A stretch of DNA of 21,723 nucleotides, from contig JBHGNT010000522.1 of assembly GCA_043228905.1 (NCBI GenBank), forward strand, positions 1-21,723, in the 5' to 3' direction. Positions 1-12,227 of the stretch are shown piece by piece. The notes beneath the pieces are model-generated. The model was not told where the DNA came from and ran no database searches. It saw only the letters and a list, made by a program, of their open reading frames with translations. Each line of letters starts with the position of its first letter. Position 1 is the stretch's first letter. The position numbers and the translations under genes are program-made. This DNA is from Azolla caroliniana (lineage: Eukaryota > Plantae > Polypodiophyta).

Positions 1-3000
1 AACCTAGGGGATGCGGACAACAAGTCTCTCTCAAAGAGGATCTTGACGATTTTGCCTCTCGTGCATACATAGCACCAACTATCCGCATTGAAGGCGTCCG
101 TCCACCTATCGGCCGAGTGGTCAATCCATGCCACAACACTCCACAATGTTGTTCCTTCCACTTCACATGTCGTAAGGAGGCCAGTGACTCTGTCCCATAC
201 CTTTTGAGCTTGAGGGCAATCCCAAAGACAGTGTCTCAGAGACTCAATAGATGAAGAGCAAAGTGGGCAACCTATCGAGCGGATACTTTTACCTAGCCAT
301 TCGCCAACGAGAACCACATTATGACCAATATGCCACCAAAAGAGCTTGATTTTTTTAGGCATGTGGAGACACTAGAGACCCTTCCAAAAAGTAATGAGCA
401 CCTCATCATGGATGCCCAATGTTCGCCAGCCATTACGAAGGGGACCATCGAGCTGCAGTTGTAAAGTCCGCCCCAATTTAGTGCTATATTCGAAGAAGAA
501 GCAGTGGTATCAATCCCATTCTAGTTCAACGAGGGGACGAGAACCATATACCCATAACTTCCAATGGGGTTCCACCTTAGTAACACCCGGGTCTGTCTTC
601 CAGATGTTATCAACCTCCACCACCACTCGAACTAGGTGCCAAGTGCCCCTACTCTACCTCTCCCCAAAAAATGTATCTCTTCCGGATCCACTCACACCCT
701 TCAACTTAACCATTCCAGCCTCATCAAAGAGACCGAACCATGCATCTTCTCACACATCCTCCATTGGAACCCTATCAACTGCCTCATCTATCAATCTCCG
801 CATTTTCATAACTCCCTTGAAGGGAGGGAATGGGTCCTCCTGGGCTCCCCTTGGAGAAACCATGTGTTTCCAATCGTCAATAGAGTGAAGCCCTGTTTGC
901 GCCAACTTTCCCCATGCTAGGCCCTTAAGCTGCCCTAACATCATGTCATCACTTGTTTGCACTTGAGGATTCCAAAATAAAGGTTCTCTAGTCCACTCAA
1001 TGAGTGTCTCTGGGGTGTGCTTGACCAAATGTTGTCGCACATGACACCATGCCCGCAAGATGGAGTTTGTTACCCTGTCCTCCGGTTGACAAGCCATCTT
1101 GGGTCGGACTCCGCTCGTGCAACACCAGTTCAAGGAGTTAGGCCAAGGCCTACCATACTTGGGAGTCCTTGCTTGCAACCTGTTGCGAAGTAGTACCTTC
1201 CAACACCCCTTACCTGGTAGAAGGCAACGAACCACCAATTTGGCCAGCAATGCACGGCTCTGCGCTAAGGGGTCTATGAGGCCAAGCCCCCCTTTGGCTC
1301 GCAGTTGCGTTAAACAACGCCATGACACTCTGGCAGCAAACATTGGGTTGTCCTTACCGGACCATATAAACCCCCTGATGGTAGCCCTAATCGCATGCAA
1401 ACCTGCCAGGTCCATAATCCAACATGAGACCGAGTGCCACATTGTGGCGAGCATCACTTGGTTCACAATAAGGACCCTACCAACGAAGGATAATTTAGAT
1501 CTACTCCATTGGTTCAGCTTCTTGCTTATTTTGGCTTGCACATGGGACAATTGCGCTCCCTTGGGAATTCAGCCTGCTGCAAATTCTCCTCATCGCCCTA
1601 CAAGAAGAGGACCGTATTATCAGCATATTCAAATAAAAGAAGATCTTCACTCGCAATAGGGATGGGCAATCCCCTCAATCCGTTGCTTGGTACTTGTAAG
1701 TAGGTAGAGAAAGCCTCGGTTACGAATAGATAAAGATATGGGGCTAGGGGGCAGCCTTGCCTCACTGAGCGTTGTAGTTGGAAGGAGGGGCCCCTAGCAC
1801 CCGCTATCAGCACACTACTATAGCAGTCCGATAGAGTGCAGAAGTGCATTTCCTCCATTTTTGGGGTAGGCCCGTAGCTCTCATCACGTTTTCCAAGAAG
1901 GGCCATAGTACCATGTCGTAAGCCTTCTCGAAGTCAAGCATCAGAATAGCCGAGCTCAAGACGGAGTGATCAACCAATGCCATTGCTTCTCAGAGAAGCA
2001 ACACATTATCAAAGATACACCTTCTCCTGATAAACCATGTTTGATTCTCATGTATAATGTCTAGTAAGAAGCTTGCTAACCGCCGAGCGAGGACTTTTGC
2101 GAGTATCTTGTAAATCGTGTTAAGGATCGTTATTGGACGCCACTTTCGCAACTCCAGGCTCCGCTCTACCGGTTTGGGAATGAGATAGATCATCCCCTCA
2201 GCCAGCCCGGTCGGCATTGTTCCCGAGGACCAAATCTCCTGAACCCCGGCTTCCAATGACGGGATAACATTGTCCCAATGGATCTCGAAAAAATCTCGTG
2301 AGAGACCATCAGGGCTAGGGCATGCTCCTCTCTACAAATCCCTGAGTGCCTCCAAGAGTTCTATTCGAGAAATGGGGCTATCGAGCACCATTTCCATCTC
2401 TTGGGTTACCTTGGGGTGAATGCAAGTCATCACCCTATCAGCCAACTCTATGTTTTGCCTCATATGGATAGGTGCAAGGAGGTCTTGATAGTATTGCGTT
2501 GCCATATGCAAAATCTCATCCTTGTCCTCCGTAATTGAGCCGTCTGGTTTGCGCAACCCTTGTATATGTCCACCACCACCCTTGGGAGCCTTGTAATGAA
2601 AGAAATGTCGGTTGACCCTATCGTCTATTCTAGCCCACCATGTCGTCGTTCTTCTAAATAGCATTCGGTTCCTCTCCTCCGTCCTTACCCGCACCTTCAT
2701 CTTGGCTTCCTCTAGCTTCGATTTAGACCAATTGCAACTAGGGTATACCTGTAGCAACCATTGCGATGCCGCAACAGTATTCCTTAATTTTATTTCAATG
2801 GCTCTGACCTACTAGAGGGCTCGCTTGGTCTCCTGTTGTAAAAAGGAGGAGAGGGCCAGTTTTTTTTGCAAATCCTCACTAGCCGATTCTCTTACAATGG
2901 TCTCCCGCCATATACTCTGTAGACTTGCCTTCACGTCTTCACTCTTCATGATCTTTGTGGGGATTTTCACATTGAGACTCCCCTGTCTGCGGTTGGGTGG

Positions 3001-3744
3001 GTTAAGGTCTAGTCTCATCGGCTGGTGATCAGAGAAGGTAAGACCTGCCAAGATAGCGAAGGAGCCCCCCAACTCTTCAAGGGACAAGCTGATGTATACG
3101 CAGTCTAACCATGCCAGGTTACCACCCCTAACATTCACGGCGGCTCTAGAGAAGTGCAGCGAATGTGAGCATCTCGTAAGGGAAGAGCCCCATGTATCTT
3201 TCACCCCGATTTTGCCAATTAAGAAAGCCCATGAATCTTGCTCCGCACCATGAATTGGTCTTTGGGTCCCCCCTTTCCTGTCTCCCAGATGCTCAACCAT
3301 GTTGAAATCACCAACCATTATCCATGCCTCTGCATCAGGTAATGTGGTCGCTAACATCCTCCAGAATATTACTCTCTCGGGGAATGAGTTAGGGTCATAC
3401 ATGTTTAGCACCCCAATCTGTAGGCGATTCCATTTCAGAAGCACATATAAGGCTCTACCCGCAACCAATGTGCCATGTGATGTTACTTCATATCGGGCCT
3501 TATCGTTAATCAAGATGCATACCCCTCCTTTTCGGTGGAGGTCGCCCTGTGCCGCCGACCATCACGTGGTCCACCCACCCGACAAGGGGTTTATTAGGCT
3601 CTAAATTCTCTCTTCAGAGAGGTGGTGTTCGTGCAAAAGCAATATGTTGATCTTGCCCCCAATGTTAGGGGGATTCAATTCCTACCGAAGTCTTTTGCAC
3701 TCTTGGTGTTGCAGGCCTCCACCAAGGCCCTGTACATTCCACAT
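1..3744 (-). pseudogene. LINE ORF2 pseudogene (APE endonuclease - reverse transcriptase - zf-RVT)
   Basis: EN motifs: WNVQGL (from 3741), LLLHEHH, GDFN, WLDCVY, FSDHQP. RT motifs: CPSPDG, LIPK, WRPITILNTIYKILAK, DFEKAYD, RSVRQGCPLAPYLY, YADNT. Further downstream: LSFVGRVLIVNQV, GGLGL, and CPLC..ESLRHCLWDC at ~217-269. Broken into ORF-track pieces 2812-3513, 2332-2757, 1990-2256, 1598-1906 and 750-1550. Confidence 0.93.
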
Positions 3745-4283
3745 TAAGATCCTCGTCCGAAAACGGTGAGGTTGACACCCATGTCCGGGCTGACCCCCAT
3801 GTCACGGGAAAAACTAACAACTATTTCTGGGGCTATGGGCTCCATCAAGGACTGAAGAGCCCCTAAGGGATTCTCTGCCTGTCGATCCCGACCCACTTCA
3901 AATAGTTCTCGCGATACGTTTTGGCTCCTAAGTGGTTGTCCAACCTGCATCCCTTTATCCCAAATAGTCCTCGCCAAACCAGGTGATGGTTTGCCTGTAT
4001 TTCCCTTCCCTTTGCCCTTGATCTTGCCCGTCCGGATCCACGATTTCAGTAATCTGAGGTCACCACCACATTCATGTTCCATCATGAGGGGGGCCTTTGC
4101 CAACATCTCCTCTGGGATAGAAAGTACATGATGTGGTTGCAACTCCATCAGGGTGGGGAACACGAGCTGAGGATCTTGTGAGGGAAGGGACAAGGAGTCA
4201 CATGGGGACAACGTTGCTGCCAACGCTTCTAGGTTGTCATCCCCTAGCCCTTGGAGCAATGTAAATATGTTGGTAGCTCTCAC
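3744..4283 (-). pseudogene. Probable C-terminal remnant of LINE ORF1
   Basis: 179-aa open frame ending exactly where the endonuclease begins, same strand and similar GC content, with a basic KGKGKG patch. No diagnostic zinc knuckle seen, so the call is positional. Confidence 0.5.
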
Positions 4284-4864
4284 CTATAGGTCGTGTGCTT
4301 TTGCACTCCCTGAGAGGATCTTCACCCGTTTCAAGGGTTGTTCGTCCACACTTGTTGGTGACAAGGTAGTGGGACTTCAATCTAAGGGAATGCCTTGAGA
4401 AGGGGGGAACCAAGAGTGACGAGGCTCCTTGGCAGCCCGTCAAGAAGAAGGGGAAACTTGGAAGCCTAGGTGCAGCTTACCTCTCTCTTAAAATGTAATT
4501 CTTCATATATTATGCTTAAGCATTTTCATTTTAGCATGAACAAGAAGTTTATATTAGAGAATGAGTGATATACATTGGTGGAAGGATTGACAAAGTTCCT
4601 TTCTTTCTTTCTTTTTTACCAAGAAAACTTTAAACACTCTCACTAGACAAATTATTACATCAAAAGGGAGCAGTCACCAATTTGTTGAGGCGGGCAAAGG
4701 TATCTTCTTGTGCATCAAAGCTCGATAATAAAGTCTCCTTACTCTATTTGCCAGTCCATTCCATATCATGTTTATTCTCCTCAAATTTTGTGACACCATT
4801 TTCTTTCATATGACTAATGAGATTATGAATATTTTTTGTTTTGTTTCAAGATCCTTTGCAAATT

Positions 4865-5100
4865 CTACTTCTCCATGACTTGGCTACAAAGTAGACACCT
4901 TTGTGCATGGGTTAGATTTTCATTTACACGATTGACAACATTGTAATTTCTCATGAGCCATATTGACCATAGATAATTCAACCTAAGTATTTGCCAAGTT
5001 CCATGAGGAATATCATTAGCTTTGATTAGAAGCCATGCAATGTTGAATATGAAGCCATAGATTGTACAAATGTATTGAAGGTTGTAGTGCAATGTGTTGT
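4865..5100 (-). mobile_element. Old, AT-drifted fragment of a LINE ORF2 C-terminus
   Basis: The minus-strand translation contains TWQILRLNYLWSIWLMRNYNVV, matching the W-x-I-W-x-x-R-N motif at the end of plant L1 ORF2. Only this one motif is clear. Confidence 0.45.
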
Positions 5101-5768
5101 GATAACCATCCCAATTTTTTCATAAATTATTTGCTATACCTTATGAAATATTTGCATGCTTATGATTCATGTGGACATCCCTTAGAGATGTTATGGCTAT
5201 GTCAAATTCCCAAGCATTAATATTAGGTTAGTTTCATAGATCTAGTGATCACATGGAGACAATGTTTACAATTTATGGTTAAACCATTATATCTCTTCAT
5301 GATTGGCTTCTTATTAAGTAAACGTGTATGTAATTATTGTGGGTAGTCAAGGGATTTTATTAATATAATAAGATTGGATCATATATCCCTTGCAATGAAA
5401 ATTTAATTATATTATCATAGACCATGCAACCACCAATTTATATCTTTGGCATGATTGAATCTTGGTAATGTGCATGTATGCTTGGGAGATAACATTTTCA
5501 TTTTTTTGTTGTTATGGCTTGCTTATAACTGCACTCTAAACTTACATTGAACAAAGGATACAACTTCAAATACATTGGTATGATTAATGGTCATAGCAAG
5601 GTCAGCATCGTTAAACAACTAAAGTGTTCTAATAATAACATTCATAAATGATGACAAGATTGATGTCATCTAGCCAACTAAAGTGACATGAACCTTTAGT
5701 AAAGAGGTAGTTTAGACTATTTGGTGTACAAAGACGACAACCACCAGCTCCTGTCTCACCTTTTTTGA

Positions 5769-6011
5769 GAATCCATTTTTATTTGAATATACTTTAAAGC
5801 AAGCTTCCATTATCTACTAACATTTCAAATGTTTATTCAAAAGTTAATGGTTTACGGAATGACTACTCAAATTTTATATTTTAAGATTTTTTAGAATCCA
5901 TTTTCAGTTGAATATACCTTTTAGAATACTTCCATTATCTTCTAATGTTTCAAACATTTATTTGAAAGTTAATGGTTTACGGAATGGCTACTCAAATTTT
6001 ATATTTTAAGA
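5769..6011. repeat. Two-copy tandem duplication, period 125 bp
   Basis: 5769-5886 and 5894-6011 align: gaatccatttt...aaagttaatggtttacggaatg(a/g)ctactcaaattttatattttaaga. Confidence 0.9.
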
Positions 6012-7193
6012 ATAATGTACTCGTTATATATATGTACATATAGAGAGAGAGGGATGGAGACACACATACACACACAGAAGGTTGTTAGGATAACATTTGG
6101 TCAATACTATACATGCAATAATACAATTAAGGAGTCAATAATCAACATATGCATTACCTTGATGGACTTCCATTGGGTAGGACACCATCCATGCAACCAT
6201 TCAGTTGGCCATAAATTAAATATTGTTCACATCTTCTTAACTCTAGGTGCATGACCTCCATGATGGAACACATCGGTAACTACCTCCACAATTTGCTACT
6301 TCCAAAGGCACCATCTCAAAACTTTCGTCCATGTTATGGGCCATGGCATGGTACTCATGGTTATTGGTTGGACTAAGAATACATGGGATTCTTCACATGG
6401 GAATTAATGTGTGACCTCTACATTGCCCACGGGCCATTGTCATTTAACATGCATTACCAAGCAATGCTACTTATTCTTCTAGCATCCAACATTTTTATTA
6501 CGATGATTTATTGACGAGTAATATTTTCACCAAAGAATATGACAAAAGTGCTCAATTTCAAAGAAATTTTCCTGTTTGCCTATCATGATCATATCCATCA
6601 TTGTGATTTGCATACAAGACATCATCTTGGGAATTGATTCTAGAATTCTTCGCTTTTGCATAATCTCTCGCTCCACAAATGTTGCCTTATTTAGATCTAC
6701 TTTTGCAAGTGTTCCTCTTATCAACATTTTCATCTTATTGAAGATATCCACAAACGCTTGATGCTTAGCCAATAGTGAGGCCCCATTTCCTCTTCTTAAC
6801 CTTTCTATAACCTTTGTAGGGAAACAATTGAGATATTATGGGATTCCCATATCTATAATAATTGAAGTACACAACTTGGGAGTGTCATCTCTATGAGATT
6901 CTCTAGCCTCTCAAATTCCGTGGCACTCTATGAGGACTCTTTCTTGAGTCAATATGTAGTTTATGAAGTTCAAATCAAGGTAGACCAAAAACAACTAGAC
7001 GTTCCAAATAGTGATTGTTGGGTAATTTATTTAAAGAGATACATTTACACTAAGAAAAAATCTCAATGCATAAAACATAGGGTGGGTCTTGAATCTAAAA
7101 GAGTACATGCAAGGGATCGACAATACTTAGATGTATTAAGCTTAGCTCTTGCAAAAACAAAATTGTTATGATTTAATGAAATAGAACTAGAAC

Positions 7194-7538
7194 TAGGAAT
7201 CAACGACATCTTGGTTGAAGCCTGAACCAAACCGTTAAATCATTTTTAAATAGTTTGGCAGTTTGGTTTGGTTTGGTTTAAGCTAGAGTGTCCTTAACTG
7301 GTTTGAGCTTGATTTGGGGTGGCTCAAGTTGAAAACTAATTTGAGTCAAACCAGCTAAGGCTTAATCGGCTTGGATAAAGTGGTTCCTTTAACTAATTTG
7401 GCCAAATTGGTTAGCCTTAACTTGTTTAGGAACCGGTTTGACTCTACTTTGGAAACCCCCATACAGATTAAAGCTTAACCAATTTGGTTTGGACAAGGTC
7501 GAACCGGTTAAGCCAAACTAAGCCATTGTCGATTCCTA
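7194..7538. mobile_element. Non-autonomous hAT-superfamily element (MITE), 345 bp
   Basis: Terminal inverted repeats TAGGAATCAAC (7194-7204) and GTCGATTCCTA (7528-7538) match at 10/11. Exact 8-bp TSD ACTAGAAC at 7186-7193 and 7539-7546. Interior rich in AACCGG/GGTTT/AAACC motifs; no coding capacity. An 8-bp TSD with TAGG ends is typical of hAT. Confidence 0.9.
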
Positions 7539-8989
7539 ACTAGAACAGGGACAAACTCAATGTAAACTAGATTGTGCAACCAAACAACTCTAGATTTGGC
7601 CAAAGTTACATGTTTTGATTCATCATATACTTGGTTAAGAACTTCAAACCGATTGGATCCTCCGTGTCTATAAGGGATATAAAGGTTTCTCGTTGTAATG
7701 GGGAAACTACGATCAAGATAATCAATAGTACTTACTTGGGTTTCATAGGGATACCAATGTTCCTTCTAGTTGGTAGACTTGTGAAGATGTTTACTCATTG
7801 TGTTATTTTTAACCTTCTCAACACTCAATTTGTGTAAGTCTCAAATAATTGATTGTCTTGCTTTGGTGCTACGATTTGATTATATGACACTCAATCTCTA
7901 ACAATATGAACAAGTATTTATACTTGCCAATATACTCCATGGCTATGAAAAAAACCTTGCTAAAGCTCCCCAAGAAAAGAAGAGAAAAGATGTCATGGTT
8001 CAATATGTCATAGGCAGAATCCATAAACTAGATTGATATAGGAAAAGAGAACAATAAGAAAAGGATTTATGTTGAGAACAACATGGACAATACTTGCAAT
8101 GATGTGACGAAGGCTAACATTTTGAAATGGTTAGTGCACCACAATGTCATGCATGGTTGCCACTTGGCTATTTGCATGCACATCATTTGGCAATCAACAT
8201 ATAACTTAGGGGTGTTGTCATAACTACATAAAATTGCATATAAAATCACAAGGTAATGGAATATTGATAATTAAACATGGAGGTTATGGGTTCAGATCTT
8301 TCCCTATAACATGTTGTAAAGTCATGATAGCGATCATCCAATATAGACTGCAATTTGTAAGTTCGAACCATCAAGTCATTTAAACTGTGAGACCATGGTA
8401 ACTAGTTTGATAAAATATTTTATTCATGGCTCCAATCATGTGAATATGTTATGCATATACACAAACCATATTTGAGCATTTTGGCTCATACTAGGAGCAA
8501 CATAACATGGGAGACCAAGGAAGAAGAGATGATGAGAGCCACACAATATGATATTTTAATTAATTTAAAAGGACTTCAACATTGGCAAACATTAGCTTTT
8601 TATTTTTTTGACATATGATCGTTGTCCATGAGTCATGATAACCTAAAAGGACTAAGAAATGCACATTCATTACAAAACTTCACTTTAAAGAATTGGATAT
8701 CTAGAGCCTTGACTCTTCTAAAACTATGTGTATCATCTTGGAGGCATATGAACATTAGAGCAATTTATAAAAGAAGATAATTTGCTTATTGATTATTGAT
8801 TGCGTTGGAGTGATGTTATTATGTTCCCCCCGAAACTACCATTACTTATGAAGAATTTATAATGGACAATGTTTAGTGCTTTATTTTGTGTGAGACTGAG
8901 GGTTTGTGGACGTATACATCCTATGGGGTTTCAATGTGTCAATGTCTTACATACAAGGGAGGGAGATTAAGCTTAACATCACAACAATT

Positions 8990-9167
8990 AATTTCGTAAG
9001 CCTTAACCATTTGTCAAGGTTAGGCATTGATTAGCCCAACCTATGCATCTAGTCTTTGGCATGTTCTTGCATGCACTAAATTTGGTAAGCCTTAATCATT
9101 TGTCAAGGTTATCCATTGACTAGCCCAACCTATGCTTCCAATCTTTGGCATGTTCTTGCCTATACAC
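8990..9167. repeat. Two-copy tandem duplication, period 89 bp
   Basis: gtaagccttaa(c/t)catttgtcaaggtta...tagcccaacctatgc...tctttggcatgttcttgc starts at 8996 and again at 9085. Confidence 0.9.
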
Positions 9168-10086
9168 CGATGAACCTTGAACATTTACCTTGCTAATCTA
9201 TAAGCAAAACTTGTGGGGACATCTAACGCTATTTAAACAAAGGAAATTTGTAGTTCGTTTCTCAATCTAATTTCTTGAAAAGAAAGTATGGTAGTATGCA
9301 TTATCTCAAAATAAAAATAATGTATATCTATAATGAACTCAACATTAAAACCATTGTTCCATAGGTATTGCTTTCACATTGTGCTTTTGCACATAATGTC
9401 TTGTTAATGCAATTAAAGGTAATGTTAATTGCCTTCTCTCTATGTCATGGAGCATGTGGGTTGGTGCACATGATCCAACCTAAAATTAAAGAAACTAATT
9501 ATTGGTTTCCAAATAATGGGGAGATTGGTTGTCGCGGTTGCCAATCCTTTGTAGTGACAAGCAATTGTTTATGTTATATGTAAAGTCAATACTTTTACAA
9601 TGTGATTTAGCACGTACGGGCTCGATGTTGGGTCGTGCCAAAATGCAAATATCCATTTCCATATTTTAGGACTATATTTTAGGAGTGATGCGGATGACTT
9701 CAGGAAGATGCTAAAGAGAACGGAAAGAAGAAACATCTTAGTTTATAAATTTGAATTATAGAACTAGTTGTTGGACATGGATGAGTATCTTATATGATAT
9801 ATGAAAGTGATAGATTTCCAAGGTCGATGCATTTGGTAATAGCACAAGATTCATGATACTTACATACCATTTTGTGTATTGGTATTACAAGATGGAAAAA
9901 AGTGCCGTGTGAGTTTTGTTGGGTTTTTTGTTGGTTTTGGAGTTGTTCATCGGTGTTGTATATATTGATCCCATTGTGGATTCAAGTTGAACTTTGCTGT
10001 ATTTGGTTTGCTAACAAACGCAAAGTAATGTTTTTTTTGGAAAAAAAAAAGAACAATTTAGCAAAACCTTGCTTATAGATGGAATT

Positions 10087-10221
10087 TGTTGATGTGCATA
10101 ATCTCAAAGCTAAGAGTTTAGAGTGATTTATAATAAATTCAACATGGCGCCCATTGCTAAGGACTTGAACCCATAACCCTAAGTTGCAAAGAATGAACTT
10201 TACTCAATGCACATCATCAAC
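10087..10221 (-). mobile_element. Degenerate tRNA-Lys-derived retro-sequence (with encoded CCA) joined to a 58-bp LTR-like segment
   Basis: Plus strand 10145 onward, TGGCGCCCATTGCTAAGGACTTGAACCCATAACC, resembles the reverse complement of plant tRNA-Lys(CTT) including CCA. B-box GGTTCAAGTCC on the minus strand. 10087-10144 is bounded by TGTTGA...TCAACA. Confidence 0.55.
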
Positions 10222-10378
10222 TTAAATTTATCCCAAAATAATATGAAGTAACATTGTTTTTTTTACTCTATCTCGGCAAGTTACTATGCAATGAAGTGTA
10301 TAAAGAAAATACAAAACTCTATAGGAAAGCAATGTCATTGTGACACGCCTAAGGAAATACAATCAATGATCTTAAACA

Positions 10379-10526
10379 AGTCCTTAACGAAGATGGCAAT
10401 GTTTTTTGTATTTGATTATGATCAAACAAAGTGTTAGCTTAATAATGCATAAATGAGTTCTTAATGAAGATGGCAATGTTTTTTGTATTTGGTTATGATC
10501 GAGCAAAGTGTTAGCTTAATAATGCA
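10379..10526. repeat. Two-copy tandem duplication, period 77 bp
   Basis: cttaa(c/t)gaagatggcaatgttttttgtatttg...caaagtgttagcttaataatgca occurs twice (copies start 10379 and 10456). Confidence 0.92.
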
Positions 10527-11905
10527 CATTAATGAATGAGCTCTTTGACGATATGTAGAATGTAAGAAGTATGACATCAATGGAGGGCCCCGATGTATGG
10601 GGGGGGAGGGATTTATGGTGTTTCATGCAATCTCATATGAGATGTAACTTTATATTTTGCCCAAAAACAAATGTAAATCTCTTGTTTGTTTCCATGGAAT
10701 CATTTACAGGTGTCCTATATTTGCAATTTATTTTTTATATATAAATCGCACGCATTTTTACTTGAAGAAAGAATGGTAGCTTGCAACTAGACCAACTTAT
10801 CCTTCCAATATCGTTTATCTTTGAATATCTACATGGCATGTGGATCCATGATTTCCATCATAATAGTGTTGACCTTTTTTGCGTTGAAATGAATGCCAAT
10901 CCATTAATTGACACGTCAGTAACACATTATAAATGTGACATCGTCAAATAAATGTGCATTTACCCAATAATATACAATACATACGATCATACTATTATTT
11001 CGACGTGTTGTCCTTGAGTAAGAACTTGTGAGTCATGGCTCGTTATAAACATGTCAAGATTGAGACTCACATCCAAGAAACTCATGAAGATTTTGAAATT
11101 AACAAGAACTAATACACATAAGCTAGCATCTATACCATATTCATAGTGAACATCCCTATATGATTATGATTGGAAGTTGGACAAATGTAAGAATTTGTTA
11201 CAAAAGTGTCATCAAAATGCGCCCACAACTTTATTTTGTTGTGTGATTACCTTGAGCACAAAACGTCATTTCTTTGTTTGCACTATGTGCATTTGGTGTT
11301 GGTACCCTTGCACCCATGGTTGTCGATTTATTGTCCTGGGGAGGGGGTCGACAAGAATCAAAGATTTTGTGGCTAGGATACGAATTTTGGGTTTACCCCA
11401 ATAAGAAGTGTCATATGTCACAATGCCCATTTGCATTAGGTGTAGGAACAAGCAATTGTTTATTCCACTTTTTGTCACAATATCTGCATCTTGCGCCAAG
11501 GGGGTACCTTCAACCAATAAAAAAACAACTTTTTTAGAGGTAAAGGGACATCATCTTTTCTTTTGATTGGGTTGTTTTCGTAGAGAAAGAAGGAGAGGAA
11601 AAGGAGGGGGTAAAGAGGAGGGAGTGAGTACGCATTTTCTAATATCATCAAAACGAAATGGGCGTCGAAACTTGGAAGACATAAATGGGGGAAAAAAATT
11701 ACCACGTAGTTCCCTAAATAGGAGGCATGTCAATACAAGAAGGTCCCTCTCGATTGCTTGGCTTTGCCCAATAATAAGTCACATCTTATCTCTCTGTCTC
11801 TGTCTCTATGTAATGTGTCAATCGCTCGCTCGGCCCATTCATAAGGTGTGTACATATGTATGTATTGAAATGGGGATAGTTGTCCTAGTTGCCCATTTAT
11901 ACATA

Positions 11906-11906
<1 letters not shown>

Positions 11907-11936
<30 letters not shown>

Positions 11937-11940
11937 TGTA
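11907..11940. repeat. (TATG)8.5 microsatellite
   Basis: Read directly from the sequence. Confidence 0.95.
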
Positions 11941-12056
11941 TTATGGAGTCAAATGTCCAAGAGACAAAAGTGGACAAAACTTGAAAGACAAAAAGTTGAA
12001 GAGAAGAAGAAAAGAGGTATGGGGGGGAGGATGAGGTCCCTCTCTGCCCCCCTTCC

Positions 12057-12063
12057 TTATCCA
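12057..12063 (+). promoter_or_regulatory. TTATCCA sugar-repressive element (SRE / TATCCA box) in the DRM/ARP promoter
   Basis: CCTTATCCAC lies ~215 bp upstream of the TATA box. TTATCC is the element associated with dormancy and sugar-starvation genes including Arabidopsis DRM1. The motif is short and its function is inferred from context. Confidence 0.5.
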
Positions 12064-12105
12064 CACCCACACACAGACGCTGAGTCAGAGAAGAGGCTTT
12101 CACGC

Positions 12106-12108
<3 letters not shown>

Positions 12109-12146
<38 letters not shown>

Positions 12147-12179
12147 AAGAGACCACAGAGAGAGAGAGAGACACACACA

Positions 12180-12227
<48 letters not shown>

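Larger units (their letters stand above)
1..4480 (-). mobile_element. Degenerate L1-clade LINE (non-LTR retrotransposon), 5'-truncated within ORF1, 3' end beyond the left edge of the window
   Basis: Collinear minus-strand ORF2 motifs: endonuclease, reverse transcriptase, then a CCHC zinc finger. Multiple stops and frameshifts. GC content visibly drops at ~4490, so the right boundary is approximate. Confidence 0.93.

Noticed and set aside
394-3604. Plus-strand ORFs (394-888, 1099-1659, 3299-3604 and others) as genes
   Set aside because: They are antisense shadows of the LINE ORF2 with no recognisable motifs.
6083-6491. Possible solo LTR (TGTTAGGAT...ATCCAACA)
   Set aside because: The termini are only imperfectly inverted, with no matching TSD, no clear PBS or PPT and no second copy.
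6527-6772. Minus-strand 81-aa ORF as a Gypsy integrase C-terminal remnant
   Set aside because: Only a vague compositional resemblance; no GPY/F or other diagnostic motif.
11794-11805. Two TGTCTC auxin-response elements upstream of an auxin-repressed-family gene
   Set aside because: They are embedded in a degenerate CT tract where the hexamer arises easily by chance.
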